From NCBI GenBank assembly GCA_965153355.1, contig OZ231126.1:23560001-23624000 (forward strand): a stretch of 64,000 nucleotides of DNA. Direction: 5' to 3'. Positions 26,815 through 40,519 of the stretch are shown here, piece after piece (the stretch's first letter is position 1; every line of letters starts with the position of its first letter). The position numbers and the translations under genes are program-made. The DNA comes from Flaccisagitta enflata (Eukaryota). The notes below the pieces were generated by a model. It did not search any database. It was not told where the DNA came from and worked only from the letters and a program-made list of their open reading frames with translations.

Positions 26815-26920
26815 AATTGTTTCTTTGTTTCTTTGTTTCTTTGTTTCTTTGTTTCTTTGTTTCTTTGTTTCTTTGTTTCTTTGTTTCGTTGTTTCTTTGT
26901 TTCTTTGTTTCTTTGTTTCT
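26662..26920. repeat. (AAC)n followed by (TTTGTTTC)n
   Basis: Direct inspection. Confidence 0.97.
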
Positions 26921-27037
26921 TACTCTTCACTCACGTCTCGTCTTTCATCACAATCTTAAAACGAGTTGTATTTGGTTCTGCTTTTCGATTCGATTAACTA
27001 GGTCTAAGGAATTCTATAATATCCTTTGTCTACATAA

Positions 27038-27610
27038 GACGCACTGAAAATTACCATAGAATTTGCTACCCGAGCTAGATAAGTCATGAAATTTATCAAA
27101 TGAAATTTAATGAAAATTTTTCTTTTTATATTTTTAACAAAACTACCAACAACCATATTTTGCATGAATTGACTTGCATACAGCTGGGGAGTAACAAAGG
27201 TAGTAGAGCTAATTACCTGTATATTTGTCTCTTTTTCTAGCCGTGCGATTGCCATGTTAACTTTAGTCAAACATTATGAGTGATTGTTTGGAGGAAAGTC
27301 CATATCAAAAGCTTCATTTTAATACCGTTTTTGACATTTTTTACCATATCTGGCTTGCCGTGTCAACGCGGACAAAAAATGGTGAGGAAAAATGTTGACG
27401 TTAAGGGTCCGGTAATTTTTCCAAAATTATACCAGAAGTATACCTTGTCAAGGCCTGCTCATGGGTGAAATCATTTCAGGTCGGACTCACCTCCTAGATA
27501 GTAAGATTAAGCATCAAAAGGTGGTGGTCATCAAGCCTAATTACTTTACGCAGGAACTAGGTCTAACAACCTGCTCTGGATAGAAAGTAACTAAAGGTAT
27601 TGATTCTAAT
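27038..27610 (+). repeat. Unclassified dispersed repeat, copy 1
   Basis: Colinear inverted homology to 35655-36574, for example CAGCTGGGGAGTAACAAAGGTAGTAGAGCTAATTACCTGTATATTTGT; both begin GACGCACTGAAA. Confidence 0.8.
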
Positions 27611-27949
27611 TACTTAGAAGTAATTAAAGCTAGTGACTTTTTGTCCAAAAACTGATTCCACTATCCAATTGAGGGAAAATAATGAATCAAAACCGAATAT
27701 GATTTTTTCTGGGAACCTAGATTTAGTGATGTTACCTAGCAAAAAAAAATTTGCTCGATGATTAATTGGCCTGAATGTCATTTGCTCGAGCATTAATCGA
27801 GCAATTTCGAGGATTTTTCTCATTAATCGATATAGCTATGTATCCTAGCCACCAGTACTTAAAAAAATACAAAATGACATGGGAAAAAGATGTTTCTTCT
27901 ATCATATTTAAAGCAGTAAGACGTTTCAAAGTGTTTAGTAGTAAACAAA

Positions 27950-28109
27950 CAAGGTCGGATACACAGCCAATACCAGTCGCAGACGGGTGGGCAGGGGCGG
28001 AAATGAGTGTTTTCCCACTTTTCGACTCAAGCGTGACGGATCGACCAACCAACCGACCAACCAACGGACGGACGGACAAAGCCTCTTATAGAGTCGCTAG
28101 TCCGCGACT
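27950..28109 (-). mobile_element. HINE-like element nested in hAT MITE
   Basis: AGTCGCGGACTAGCGACT subfamily on the minus strand. Confidence 0.88.
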
Positions 28110-28338
28110 AAAAAAGTAATTATTATGTAGCAACCAAGGTTTTTTTCCTCAGGAAGATAAGAGCATCGATGGTTTTGTCACTTAAACGGGATCTTAATTT
28201 TTCACGAACATCCCGGCAGCAGAGATGGCGCGCTCAGCCTCAACGGTAGTGGGAGGGAGAGTCTTTATCCTGCAAAATACTTTTTCAAGGATTGCTGGCC
28301 GTTCACCGGTGTTTTCACAAATTGTCAGTTCCCTTTTT

Positions 28339-28482
28339 AGTCGCGGACTAGCGACTCTATAAGAGGCTTTGTCCGTCCGTTGGTCGGTCGGTTCGTCACG
28401 CTAGAGTCAAAAAGTGGAAAAACACGCATTTCTGCCCCTGCCCACCCGTCCACGACTGGTATTGGCCGTGTATGCGGCCTTG
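28339..28482 (+). mobile_element. HINE-like element nested in hAT MITE
   Basis: AGTCGCGGACTAGCGACT...GACTGGTATTGGCCGTGTATGCGGCCTTG. Confidence 0.88.
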
Positions 28483-30529
28483 CTATTTCGGATAGGATGT
28501 CCGCTTGAGAAGACAATTTTTCTTTTCCTACTTTGTCTTGCTTTCCCACTAAAAATGACTGCAGCTCCTCAATTTTGCTATTTTTTTCTTTGGGTTTTAA
28601 TCGCCGTTTTCTAAATAAATGAACAAAAATTTTCCTTCGAGGATTTTTGTATTGCTCGAGCAATTAATACAAGATTTTAATCGATTAATGCTCGATTAAT
28701 TGCTTGCTCGGTAACATTACTACCTAGATTTGAACAGGAGACGATGTCTGTCTGTCTGTCATCTGATTTGCCTATCTGCCTGTTCCGTAGTTGTTGATAT
28801 GAGTCATGTCTTGACTTGAAAAGCTGCAGATATTGCACCGATTGCACAGACTAGTCCACTCAGCAATGTTATGAAGTTTTTTTAGTCGCGTGCTACGCGA
28901 CTCTACAGCCCGCTTTGTTGGTCCATCCGCCCGTCGGTCTGTCCGTCGTTCCATCCATCTGTGGGCGTTATTTGTTCCCCACTCAAAATGATCGGTTTTG
29001 AGAAAATCCTGTCTAAAGCTGAATGGGATAGGCAGGAAATGACCCTGGTATACAATATTGTTGCGATTTTGGTGGCTGGGGCTCACAACCCCCCCTTTAC
29101 ACACTGGCACATTTCACACTCTAAAAACCGCAGCAAACTTTTCGAATAGAGCATCACAGAGGGACGGACCAACAGACCAATGGCTGGACAAAGCCATATC
29201 TGCAACTGAAAATAAGCGTGAACCACCAATAAGGTCTATGATTGTGGTCGATGGCTTTAGTAACAGCTTGGATTTTCACGTACAGTTACACCCTGCATTG
29301 GCAATAACATAAATCCATCTATAACAGACAAAATTTGTTGGTCCCTTGACATCAATATTGAAGGGTCCAGATGTAAAGAAAGGGTGTCTGTATTTCCGTC
29401 TGTTGAAAGGTCCGAAACTACAACAACACAAAATCTGCTGATTTTTTTTTTCATTACACCCTTTCCCAGCCATGCATTAGGTTTAAAAGCCCTGATTACA
29501 GTTTACAGAAAAGTAAGTAATTCACCAAGCAAAATAAAATTTGTTTAAATTCATTAAATCGTAAAATCTTTTGACGTGTGTCAAAGTTGCTACAATCTCA
29601 CTGGCCCAGAAGATATTTTTTGTCTCTTCATATATCCAAGCAGAAAATAATATGTGAGTCAATACTTAGCTGATCAGTTGGGTTTGAGAAAAAAAAATGG
29701 TCTTCGTGCCTAATGGATGTATGGGAGCTCCAAAATTTACCGGGTCCACAAGGCATTTAAGTCCGACTTTTGTACATGGTGAAAACTGAAAAGAACGAGG
29801 CCAGATACATGGCAATCCAGTCGCGGATGGTTGGGCAGGGGCAGTACTGCGATAATCGGTCGGAATTCAGAAATTTGACCGATGCACCAAAGCACCAACG
29901 GACCAACGGACCAACGGACCAATGGACAGTGTAGAGTTGCATGTCATGGGTCTTTCATAGTATGTTTAGCTCATCTAGATAGGGGGACCAGAGTTCAGGT
30001 CTATTAATATAGCTGATACTTTGGTTCTCCCTTTACATTCCAGTGGTCTATTAATATAGCACTGGTATGTGTATATATGTGCAGTATCTTTGTGTAAATA
30101 TGTTTGAGTTAGCTTCTTGTATTCAGTTAGTTTAATGTTCTATGTATATTTTGTATTTGCATGGTTATGTCTGCTGTTTTTAGTTTTTCTTGTTTAGTCT
30201 GTCCAATTTGGTGGCACTTGTCCTTCCTATATCTGATTGTCTCTGGTCCTGTGATGTTTGGTTGTCTGCTGTCTCTCTCTGAGCTACTCTAGTCGCTTCA
30301 TCCTCTTCTTAACTCTTTTTCTCCTCTTCTTCATCTTAATTCTACTCTCTTCTGAGTGACATTCTGTCATTCTCTCCAAACCCTCACTTTCAACTTCTTT
30401 TCTCTCTCTAATTTTTCTGCTATTTCTTTGGTGTCTGGGATAAAGTGGGATGGGGCCTAACCACGCCTGGGTTAGGGGAAGAAAAGTGGCTTCTTCCTCT
30501 TTCTCAGACAGTCCACAGCCTGTACCTAG

Positions 30530-30625
<96 letters not shown>

Positions 30626-30685
30626 TAACCCTCTCTTTTATCTAAACCTAACATAAGCATATATAAAAATTGGTTTTCTTTTTTT

Positions 30686-31665
30686 GTCCGCCATGGAATA
30701 TTTTTCTGACGCGGACTATAATTCAAGGCGGGTGGGTGTCGTTGTCGTTGTCGTTAGGGATTACTTTTTTATGCTTTCACCGATTTGGTTCATATTTGGT
30801 GGGAAGTTGTACTAGGGTAAGGCGCTTTACATCCTATCCGATTTTCGTGATCCAACCAACCCAACCGGCCCAACCAGCCTACCGGCCTAAAAGTGAAAAA
30901 CGTGCATAACTTTGACGTTTTTCAACCAATTTGGTTGAAATTTAGTATGGAGTCTCTAAATAGAAGGACTCAACATATGTATGTGATTTATATGCATTTG
31001 AGCATGCTGACTGGCCAAACCGACCTACCACCCAACCGGCCTACCAGCCTAAAAGTGAAAAACTTGCATAACTTTTATATTTTTCAACCAATTTGGTTGA
31101 AACTTGGTATGGAGTCTCTAAATGGAAGAACTCAACATATGCACACTATTTATCCTGTCAAACCAGCCTACCACCCAACCAGCCTACCAGCCTAAAAGTG
31201 AAAAACGTGCATAACTTTAGCATCTTTCAACCAGTTTGGTCGAAATTTGGTATGGAGTCTCTAAATGGAAGGACTCAACATATGTATGTGATTTATTTAC
31301 GTTTGAGTGAGCTAACTGGCCTAACTGACCTACCACCCAACCAGCTTACCGACATAAACTTGCATAAATTGGACATTTTTCAACCAATTTGGTTGAAACT
31401 TGGTATGGAGTCTCTAAATGGAAGAACTCAACATATGCACACTATTTATCCAAACCAGCCTACCACCCAACCACCCTACTAGCCTAAAAGTGAAAAACGT
31501 GCATAACTTTGCCATTTTTCAATGGATTTTCATGAAACTTTGTATGGAGATGTAAGACTTATAGTTTTAGCGAACTTACAGGGTTAGCGATCTTTTGGTG
31601 ATAGCGATCTTATAGAATTGGTGATCTTTAACCCTCCTCCATCGCGGACCCAGATACTGTTCAGA
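30686..31665 (+). mobile_element. Satellite-bearing HINE/pearl-like element
   Basis: T-run then subTIR GTCCGCCATGGA with downstream IR GCGGAC; (GTCGTT)n; ~150-bp tandem array; 3' subTIR TCCATCGCGGAC (11 of 12 match); terminal T-run. Confidence 0.75.
30886..31550. repeat. ~130-162-bp satellite monomers in A/B alternation
   Basis: Monomer starts 30886, 31048, 31191, ~31351, 31483; each holds the palindrome TTCAACCAATTTGGTTGAA or a variant. Confidence 0.93.
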
Positions 31666-32070
31666 TTTTTTATACATTCATGAACATTTTTTTGGTTATT
31701 TTTCAAACAAAGTGAGTTAAATTCTTCTCTCTAGAAGTCTAATTCATATCAAATTTTCATCTTTTTTTATATTATTTTTTTCATAATTTAAGACCGATTG
31801 AGTTTCAAGACCAACATTTACCCCCACGCGTCCCATACATCCAAATCCGTCCAGTCCGTCGGTCCATTGGTCTGTCCATGATAATTTAGTCGAAAACTGA
31901 GAAAATGCGCATTTCTGATGCTGCAGTTGTGTTTGTCTCTGTGTGTCTATGTGTGTATGTGTGGGGTGGGGGAGGGTGTTGATAGGGGTTGTATGTCAGT
32001 CAGTTGTTAAGATGGTCTGTTGAATAGTTGGTATGTATCGCTTTGCATTTCGCCATTTCCAGGTGTTTTT

Positions 32071-32602
32071 AGTGCCGGACATGCAAATCTATGGGAGGCT
32101 TTGTCCGTCCATCTGATGGACTGTCAGTAATGATTAGGTTAAATAGTCGCAAAAGCGTTAGATGGTCAGCGGTGCCTGGAGGCTGAGATTTGGGCCTCAA
32201 GGCTGGGATCTGGGCCTCTTGGCTAGGGTTTGGACCTGCAGGCTGAGATTTGGGCCTCAAGCCTTGGATTTGGGTCTCCAGGCTAGGACTTGGTCCTTGA
32301 GGCTAGGATTTGGGCCTCAATGCTGGAATTTGGACCTCGAGACTGGAATTTTGCCCTTAAAGACTGGAATTTAGGCCTCGAGACTGGGATTTGAGGGGGG
32401 GGACAAAGAAGAAAATGAAGGAGAAAATCCCCCATGCGTGTGAAAGCATAGGTCATCGACCCCTTTGGGGCCGCTGCCCAAAAGTGGAAAAATGAGTGTT
32501 TTAGATATTTTTCTGTGTGTGGGGATGGGGGTTGGGATGTGGATGGGGGTTGGAAGCCCCTGCCCACCCATCGGCAACAATATTGTGACCCTGCGTCACT
32601 TG
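32071..32602 (+). mobile_element. GTGAC-subtype HINE interrupted by a GGGCAGCGG-family element
   Basis: 5' half 32071-32142; 3' half 32480-32602 ending GTGACCCTGCGTCACTTG. Confidence 0.75.
32143..32479 (-). mobile_element. GGGCAGCGG-family HINE-like element with a 21-bp minisatellite
   Basis: Minus strand TTTTGGGCAGCGGCCCC ... CCGCTGACC, hairpin CGCTTTTGCG; (GGCTGAGATTTGGGCCTCAAG)-like array. Confidence 0.75.
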
Positions 32603-33281
32603 TTTGCATAATTGCTCCTTCCCAAAAGCTTGGTTCAGACAATTAAACCCGCTTGGCTCTGCTTTTAACGGAATTCCGCCTATAACTAATGCAATTTCTT
32701 TTTCCCCTCAGCCGATTTTCTTTTCTAGTCGCATGCTACGCGACTCTACACCCTGCTTTGTCTGTCCATCCATTGGTCGGTCAATTGGTCATCGACCCCT
32801 TTTAAGCCGCTGCCCTGCTTCCCATTCAACTTCAAGCACAAACTACTTAGGCAGGGCACGGGTACCGCTGACCATCTAACGCTTTTGCGACTATTTATTG
32901 TTTGACCTCACTGCTCCTGCCTAAGGCCTTGCGCATGGCGTTTTTTTCACGGTTTTGGTGCGGGTTCAGAATACCTCAAAACCTTTCTTTGGGTTTATCA
33001 TGGGTTTATATTGGGTTTGTTAGAAATTTTAGTAACAAGAAGATGTTTGATTATTTGCCAGAGACAAAAAAATGGGAGGAGAAAAAAAGAAAGAAAAAAA
33101 ATGAAAGAAAGAAAATAGAGGAAAAAAAAAAGAAAAAGAAAGAAAAAGAAAAAAGGAAGGAAACAAACACTTATACAAACAGACACGGACACACTGAGAC
33201 AGCACTGAAACAGATAAAAATCTGAGAAAAAAAGTGAGCAAAAAAGCGGAAAAGAATAATTTTGAACAGCATGATAAGAAA

Positions 33282-33469
33282 AAAGGCCAGATACACAGCT
33301 ACCTTAGTTGCGTGCGGGTGGGCAGGAGCAATGCTGGAGGTCACTAGGGCATCTGGGCAAGAGCCGCATGCTCAAAAGCATAAATACGCCGAAAAAGTAA
33401 AAAGGGGACCGACAGACCAACCAACCAATCGACCGACCAACATAGCGGGGTGTAGAGTCGCACACGACT
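33282..33469 (-). mobile_element. HINE-like element
   Basis: AGGCCAGATACACAGC...AGTTGCGTGC...AGTCGCACACGACTAAAAA. Confidence 0.8.
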
Positions 33470-33500
33470 AAAAAACAAGGAAATAAATGCAACTAAGAGA

Positions 33501-33607
<107 letters not shown>

Positions 33608-33699
33608 GACAGAGAGAGAGAGAAAGAGAGAGACACAGACAGACACAGAGAGAGAGAGAGACACACACACACACACATACACATGATATCATAAACCCC

Positions 33700-34046
33700 C
33701 GCCTCAAGGCTCAAATATAGTCTCAAGGCCCAAATCCTAGCCTGGAGGCTGAGATTTGGACCTAAGGCTGGGATCTAGGCCTCTTGGCTGAGATTTTGTC
33801 CTTGAGGCTGAGATTTGGGCTTCAAGAGTGAAATCCGGGCCTCCAGGCTAAGATTTTGGCCTTGAGACCAGGATTTGGGCCTTGAGGCTGGGATCTGGGC
33901 ATCAAGACTGGGATTTGGGCCTTGAGACCTACAGTAATGTTACTTTTCTCCGGATCCTGCTGTGAGAGGGTAGTGGAGGACAAAGAGGAGAAAATCCCCC
34001 ATCTATGATAAAGCATAGGTCATCAACCCCTTTGGGGCCGCTGCCC
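33700..34046 (-). mobile_element. GGGCAGCGG-family element with a 21-bp minisatellite, 3' truncated
   Basis: Same terminus and array as 32143-32479. Confidence 0.75.
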
Positions 34047-34189
34047 AAAAAGGTGAAAAAAGAAGACAAAAATGATTTAATGAGTGAGAATGAAAAAATA
34101 ATATGATTGAACAAAAATATCCTAAAAAACAAAATCGGGTCTGAAGGCAAAACCGAGCCTTGGCCCTCTCACGGCCAAACCCGCAGGAG

Positions 34190-34740
34190 TCCTGCCCAAA
34201 TGGTCTAGTGACCTCACATACGGCCCCTGCTCACCCACACGGAACTGGGGTAGCCGTTTTTCCGTCTTTTTAGTCGTATGATAGGTGGAACAACATCCCT
34301 CACTATACCCAAACTAAAGTAACTGGAAGAGGGCCTTGTTAGCCCTCACGGACTAGTTACTACGCGCATCACTCCTAATTTTCCATGAAACTTAATTTGA
34401 ACAACAATATGATACGCGAATCCACACATCGCTGTGTCGGTCCATCCGTCGGTCATTCGGTACGTCACACTATACTTTTTATTGGTTTTTGCGGTCTTTA
34501 GCCTCACTGCTCCTGCCCAAATGATCTAGTGACCTCAAATACAGCCCCTGCCCACCCGTACGCGACTGGGGTAGCCGTGTATCCGGCCTTGTTTTTTTTT
34601 TCAATTGGCTCTTACACAATTCCATCTATAACAAATAAAATTTGTTGGTCCCTTGAAATCCATTGGAGTGGGATTTAACTGTATTTTCATCAAAGCCCCT
34701 GCCCACCCGCATGTGACTTAGGTAGCCAGGTATCCTTGTT
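34190..34740 (+). mobile_element. Cluster of a HINE copy and extra 3' modules
   Basis: GCCCCTGC(C/T)CACCC...GG(G)TAGCC module occurs near 34223, 34543 and 34695. Confidence 0.7.
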
Positions 34741-35172
34741 TCATAGTTTGCTGCGTTTCAAATTTCTTGCGGTTTTTTTTTCTTGTGGCTTTAAGGAGTG
34801 AGCAGGAACAAAAAAACTCAAAAAGCGACAATGTAATAGGCAGATAGACCAAAGACCAACACCAACGGACCAACCAATTTAAAACAAGACTGATGGAGTT
34901 ACATGTCCGCAACTGAAAATCCTCTAGGCAGCGTTAGACGGTTGGACTATGTATGCCAAGTATGCAATTATCATCTTTTTAAAACAGCGTCTCATTCACA
35001 TTCAACCTTCTCGAATTTGATTGCGCCCTAAAAAAGGTTCCCGAGCGAGTAGAATGTTGCGCATGGGCTCGTTTGGTCACATTTTTGCGAAGTAACAATA
35101 AAACCCGGTTGCAACGGCGTGATTTAAAGTATGACGGCGATGCGATCAGCACAGTCCGACCCCCCTCCCTAA

Positions 35173-35596
<424 letters not shown>

Positions 35597-35654
35597 CCAT
35601 TGAGTTGGTATGACCTTCTGTCTCTTGCCCGCGTAAACAACCGACAAAGAGGCA

Positions 35655-36574
35655 TTAGAATCGATACCTCTAGTTACTTCAGGTTAGTTTAAGTCCCCGA
35701 CTGGGTATTAAAGCTAATGACTGTGTTGAGTAATTAGGCTTAATTACCATGTAATTTTGGAGCTCAATTCGACTAACTAGGGGGTGAGTCCGAGTTGAAA
35801 TGATTTCACCCATTGGGAGCCCTTGGCAACAGCTACTTCTGGTATGATTTTGGTAAAATTACCGGACCCTCATCATCGACATTTTTCTCGACCATTTTTT
35901 GTGTGAGGTACACAAACATGCCAAATTTGGTAAATTATGTTAAAATTGGTATCAAAATGAAGCCTACGTCAGGGGCTTTCCACTAATATGTTGCTTATAA
36001 AGTTAGACTAAAGTTGACCTGGCAAACGCACGGCTAGAAGAATGCACAAATATACAGGTAATTAGCTCTACTACCTTTGTTACTCCCCAGCTGGCATATG
36101 CCAGTTTTAAATTTCAATCCTTTATTTTACAGCTAAGAAAATATGCCAAATTCAACAAAAAAAATCATTTTGTCAAGGGACGATGGCTCATTGAAAATTT
36201 TAAATTTGCGTAGAAAATCAAAATATTAAGAAAACAAAAACATAGCGTGATTCCTAAAAGATCAACTGAGGGCGCTATGTTCTTATTTTAATGATATTTG
36301 GATTTTTCATGCAAATTTAAAATTTTCAGTGAGCAGTTACTGAAATCATTGTCACTATTTTATTCACTTTTTAGTCTCATCAGAATTGTATATTTTTCAA
36401 TCTTTTTGCATTTTTGTCCTTTGCCGGTGACAGATGAGTTTCCTCATGTAAGTTTACCATTACAATTTAAAGTACAAAGAAATAAACACATGCATTGACC
36501 TAAGCAAAAATAGTAACATGAATGGTAACTTAGTTCTCTGGGTAAATTCCTCTTACTTAAATTTCAGTGCGTCA
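35655..36574 (-). repeat. Unclassified dispersed repeat, copy 2
   Basis: Inverted homolog of 27038-27610 with a longer AT-rich segment. Confidence 0.8.
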
Positions 36575-36924
36575 TAACCAAACTTCTTCTCTAAGGCAAG
36601 CAATATCAATTTCCTTTATCTCTGTTTTTCTGCATTGGCGCTCCCTTTTGTTCATATTACGACTTGACAGTTGTAAAATTTTGAATGTCATCGTGGATGA
36701 ATTGATTTAAAAGTTAAAACAACGAAGCAACGAAATAACAATGCCATAAATAATGCTTTTACGAAGTGCTCTATTGATGATGTGGTGCTTATTAGCTCTA
36801 AAGCAGTGAACAATGACATTGCAGTGTTGCATGCTGTAACCTTAATCAGGGCGCCAATATAATGTGTCTGTCTGTTTGTTAAGGTTTGTCGGTCTTCCGG
36901 ATTTTCTGTTTGTCGTTATTTGTC

Positions 36925-37194
<270 letters not shown>

Positions 37195-37452
37195 GCTCCC
37201 TTCACTGCCGCTTTTCCCTTCTTTTTGCCTTTTCGTAATTTCGGCGATTTTCCCCAGCCTCCGTCCTCTTGTGTCGTATTTTGAGGCTGGTGTCTGTCTA
37301 CAGGGGGGGGGGGTCGGTGTGGCAATTCTGATGCTGTGGTATACAGGGAGGCTGGTGGGTGTGTCAACTCTGAAGCTGTGTGTCCACTTTGGGGCTGGTT
37401 TGTGTGTCAATTCTGATGTTGTGTCTGTATTGAATTACGCTTTTTGTTTTTT

Positions 37453-37660
37453 AGTTGCGGACACGCAACTCTATAAGAGGCTTTGTCCGTCGGTCGGTCG
37501 GTCGGTCGGTTGGTCGGTCGGTCGGTCGGTCGGTTGGTCGGTCGGTTGGTCGGTTGGTCGGTTGGTCGGTCCGTAGAGGTGATTGAGTCGAAAAGTGGGA
37601 AAACGCGCATTTCCGCCCCTGCCCACCCGTACGCAACTGGTGGCCGTGTATCCGGCCTTG
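37453..37660 (+). mobile_element. HINE-like element, full length
   Basis: All terminal motifs present; expanded (GGTC/GGTT)n. Confidence 0.9.
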
Positions 37661-37748
37661 TTTTTTATAAGAACGTAATACTAGTAAACTAACTATGACG
37701 TTCTTCATTTTTGAGTTGTTTCAAGGCTTGATGTTCTTATAAAAAAAA

Positions 37749-37869
37749 CAAGGCCAAGTAGGCCAATAAGGTGTGACGTGTGGATCGTCGAACGAATGCG
37801 TTACCCGAGAGACCAACAGACCTACAGACCAACGGACACAGCCAGTTATAGAGGTGCTTTGTCGCACCT
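37749..37869 (-). mobile_element. HINE-like element, AGGTGC family
   Basis: 5' AGGTGCGACAAAGCACCT; 3' subTIR GTCACACCT; hairpin GGCCTACTTGGCC-TTG. Confidence 0.75.
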
Positions 37870-37968
37870 AACAAAAAGCGTATCAATGTCGACCGACGGA
37901 TTGACACGGCAAATTCTGGTGTCGCGTGTTCGCGACGAAAGAGTTTTTAGTTGGGCTGCGGACACGCA

Positions 37969-38139
37969 ACTCTATAAAAGGCTTTGTCCGTCCGTAACAC
38001 ACAAGGCGAAAAGTGAAAAAAAATGTGCGTTTTAGATGCTTTTTGGGTATGTGAGTTGGTTGGGAGTATGGGGTGTGAATGGGGGTTGGATGCCCCTGCC
38101 GCAACCCGTCCGCAACGAATTGTGACCCCGCGTCACTTG
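37969..38139 (+). mobile_element. HINE-like element, GTGAC subtype
   Basis: GCGGACACGCAACT...GTCCGCAACGAATTGTGACCCCGCGTCACTTG. Confidence 0.8.
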
Positions 38140-39026
38140 TTCATGTCCGTATTATCAACCAATAAAATCATGTGTCTGCTCTGAGTTGATGGCCTCCGTG
38201 TCTCTGCTCTGAGGCGAAAATGTTGATTTCAAAAAAAAAGCTGCTGTGCGTTCGGGGTGAGGGTGGTACGTGTACCTTCTTTGCTTTTAGAATGCTGTGA
38301 GTGTGCTGTGAAATTTCTTTGTGTGTCGCTGGAGGGTTTCTTGTCGCCCGTTACGAGTCCCACTGCGCTGGTTATCATTAAGTGGAGATGATTTTACTAC
38401 GCGCCAGAGAGAAAAAGCAGGAAGTGAGGACTGAGGAGATTCTTTTTAGGGAAGTGAGGATATTCTTTGAATTTGAAGAGTTCAAAGCAAAGACCTACCG
38501 CACTTACACGAACTGTCAAACCAGAGCGTATCTGCAATTAAAGAATATGTATCCTAATATATATGTTCTTTTAATTCGTCAGCAAGTATAGCGACAGAGA
38601 CAAACAAAACACTAAGAAGCATAAATTTGAAATATCATTGTTCTAAGGCCAAGTAACGAGCGAGTTTAGAAATGATAGGATTATGGTGTGTCAAAACAGA
38701 AGAATGGAAACATAAGATTTTCGGTCGCGGGTTCTCAAATCCGCCTGTCAGTCCGGGTGTCCGTCTACCTAGATGCTATTTCATACTACTTTTATCAGTT
38801 TTTTTTTTCGTTGGGTTTTGAATATCTCTGCCACTGCCTAGCCCCTCGACTGAATTGCCCCTATATTGAGGAGGAAACATTACATCCAAAATGCGTTCCT
38901 CAACCTCGGTTGCGTGAAAACGTCTTTACGACAAAATTACACTTTTAGTGTCAATCGTGTTCTGATGCGCGAGGAATCCTCGGCTCCGCCCTCCATGCGC
39001 CCAAATGTGGAACGAGGATATGCATA

Positions 39027-39589
39027 CAGTAGATCTCGTCTAGACTTGAGATAACGGGGGCAAGCACTGTGGAAAGACGAATGAAGCCAGGGGAGTAATA
39101 TTTGGATCATAGACTAATCAAAGGATGCTTAATTCCCCATGATAGCTGGTTGCCATGGAAACACATTTCCATGTATTCTCGCTAAAATATCAATATTTTG
39201 AGAGATTTTTTTAGGGAACATTGCTTAAAATCAAATTTGCTACAACTTTCCCACAGTATGTTCTGTAAGAATGTTGCTCGTTTGGCCGTTGCTAGGGAGC
39301 GTATCTATGTGTGACAACCCTTAGCAACCGCTAAACGAGCGACATTCTTACAGAACATACTGTGGGAAAGTTGTAGCAAATTTAATTTTAAAAAATGTTC
39401 CCTCAAAAAATTTCTCAAAATATTGATACTTTAGCGTGAATACATGGAAATGTGTTTCCATCGCAACCAGCTATCATGGGCAATAAAGCATCCCATCATA
39501 AGTCTATGTTTCAAATATCACTCCTTTGGCTTCATTTATTTTTTTACAATGCTTGCCCCCGTTATCTCAAGTCTAGACGAGATCTACTG
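39027..39589. mobile_element. Fully palindromic TA-flanked MITE (563 bp)
   Basis: Perfect terminal IR CAGTAGATCTCGTCTAGACTTGAGATAACGGGGGCAAGCA; symmetry continues to the centre near 39310; TA flanks. Confidence 0.95.
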
Positions 39590-40030
39590 TATATACTCGC
39601 ACGTATTTGCACACTGGGTTGTTTTGCATGTACAGGGTCCACATTGCTAGCACAGACAAAACTCACGTAGTCACATACGTTTGCCGGCATTTGCAACGGA
39701 CTCCTCCACATTTACATGGCCTAAATAGGCAAGGCAGTCACCTAAAAGCACTTACACTGATTTGAATGCACTTGCATCAGACTGGCTTGCGCGCACATCC
39801 TCCGTATGTGCGTGTACGCACTGATGTGTCTCTTTTGCACATTCCAATCGGCACATGTACAGCGTTTCACCTCTCCCTAGCACGTGGTGACTTCGTGCAC
39901 GTCTCTGATGTACACCTTTATTTCTTCATCATTTGCAGAGCACGCTGGCACGTCATGTCTTAGCTAAGATTCTCATCACCCATCTTATGTTTTCCGCGCA
40001 GTTTTACTCCCCATTCCCAGCCCCATAAAG

Positions 40031-40045
40031 GCAACCAATTTTTAG

Positions 40046-40137
<92 letters not shown>
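40031..40137. repeat. (CTTT)n microsatellite
   Basis: Direct inspection; the pure tract begins near 40051. Confidence 0.9.
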
Positions 40138-40519
40138 GCTTGGTTGGTTGCTTGGTTGCATGGTTTCTTGCTTTCTTCCTTTCTTTTTTCTTTACAAGTA
40201 AGAGGAATTTTGGGTTGGACATTTGGGTCCGATAACTATATTAACTATATTAACTATATTTACTATACTAAGAGTCATGCGCCTATTCGAATGTTTTCCC
40301 TCTCACCCTCACCATCTTCATCATCATAATGCATCTTTTCTTTCTCTTCATTTCTGAGTTATTTCATCCTCATCTATGCTCATCTTTCTTTATCTTCCCT
40401 CATCTATTCGTTTCCCAGCGAGAGAACCCTATTTGTTGCATCAGTTGTCTTTTATATCTTCACGCATTTCCTCCAGCAATAAACGCGTTCACGTGACGCA
40501 ACTTTCTCTCTGTCTTTTT

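Larger units (their letters stand above)
27724..28722. mobile_element. Non-autonomous hAT-type element with two nested HINEs
   Basis: TIR TAGTGATGTTACCTAGCAA versus TTGCTCGGTAACATTACTA; perfect 8-bp TSD CCTAGATT; subterminal GCTCGA/ATTAAT repeats. Confidence 0.92.

Noticed and set aside
28212-28232. CTCF-like motif CAGCAGAGATGGCGC
   Set aside because: Spacing does not fit the core consensus
30893-31482. Repetitive ORFs containing IFQPIWLK
   Set aside because: Satellite monomers with frame-changing lengths and stops
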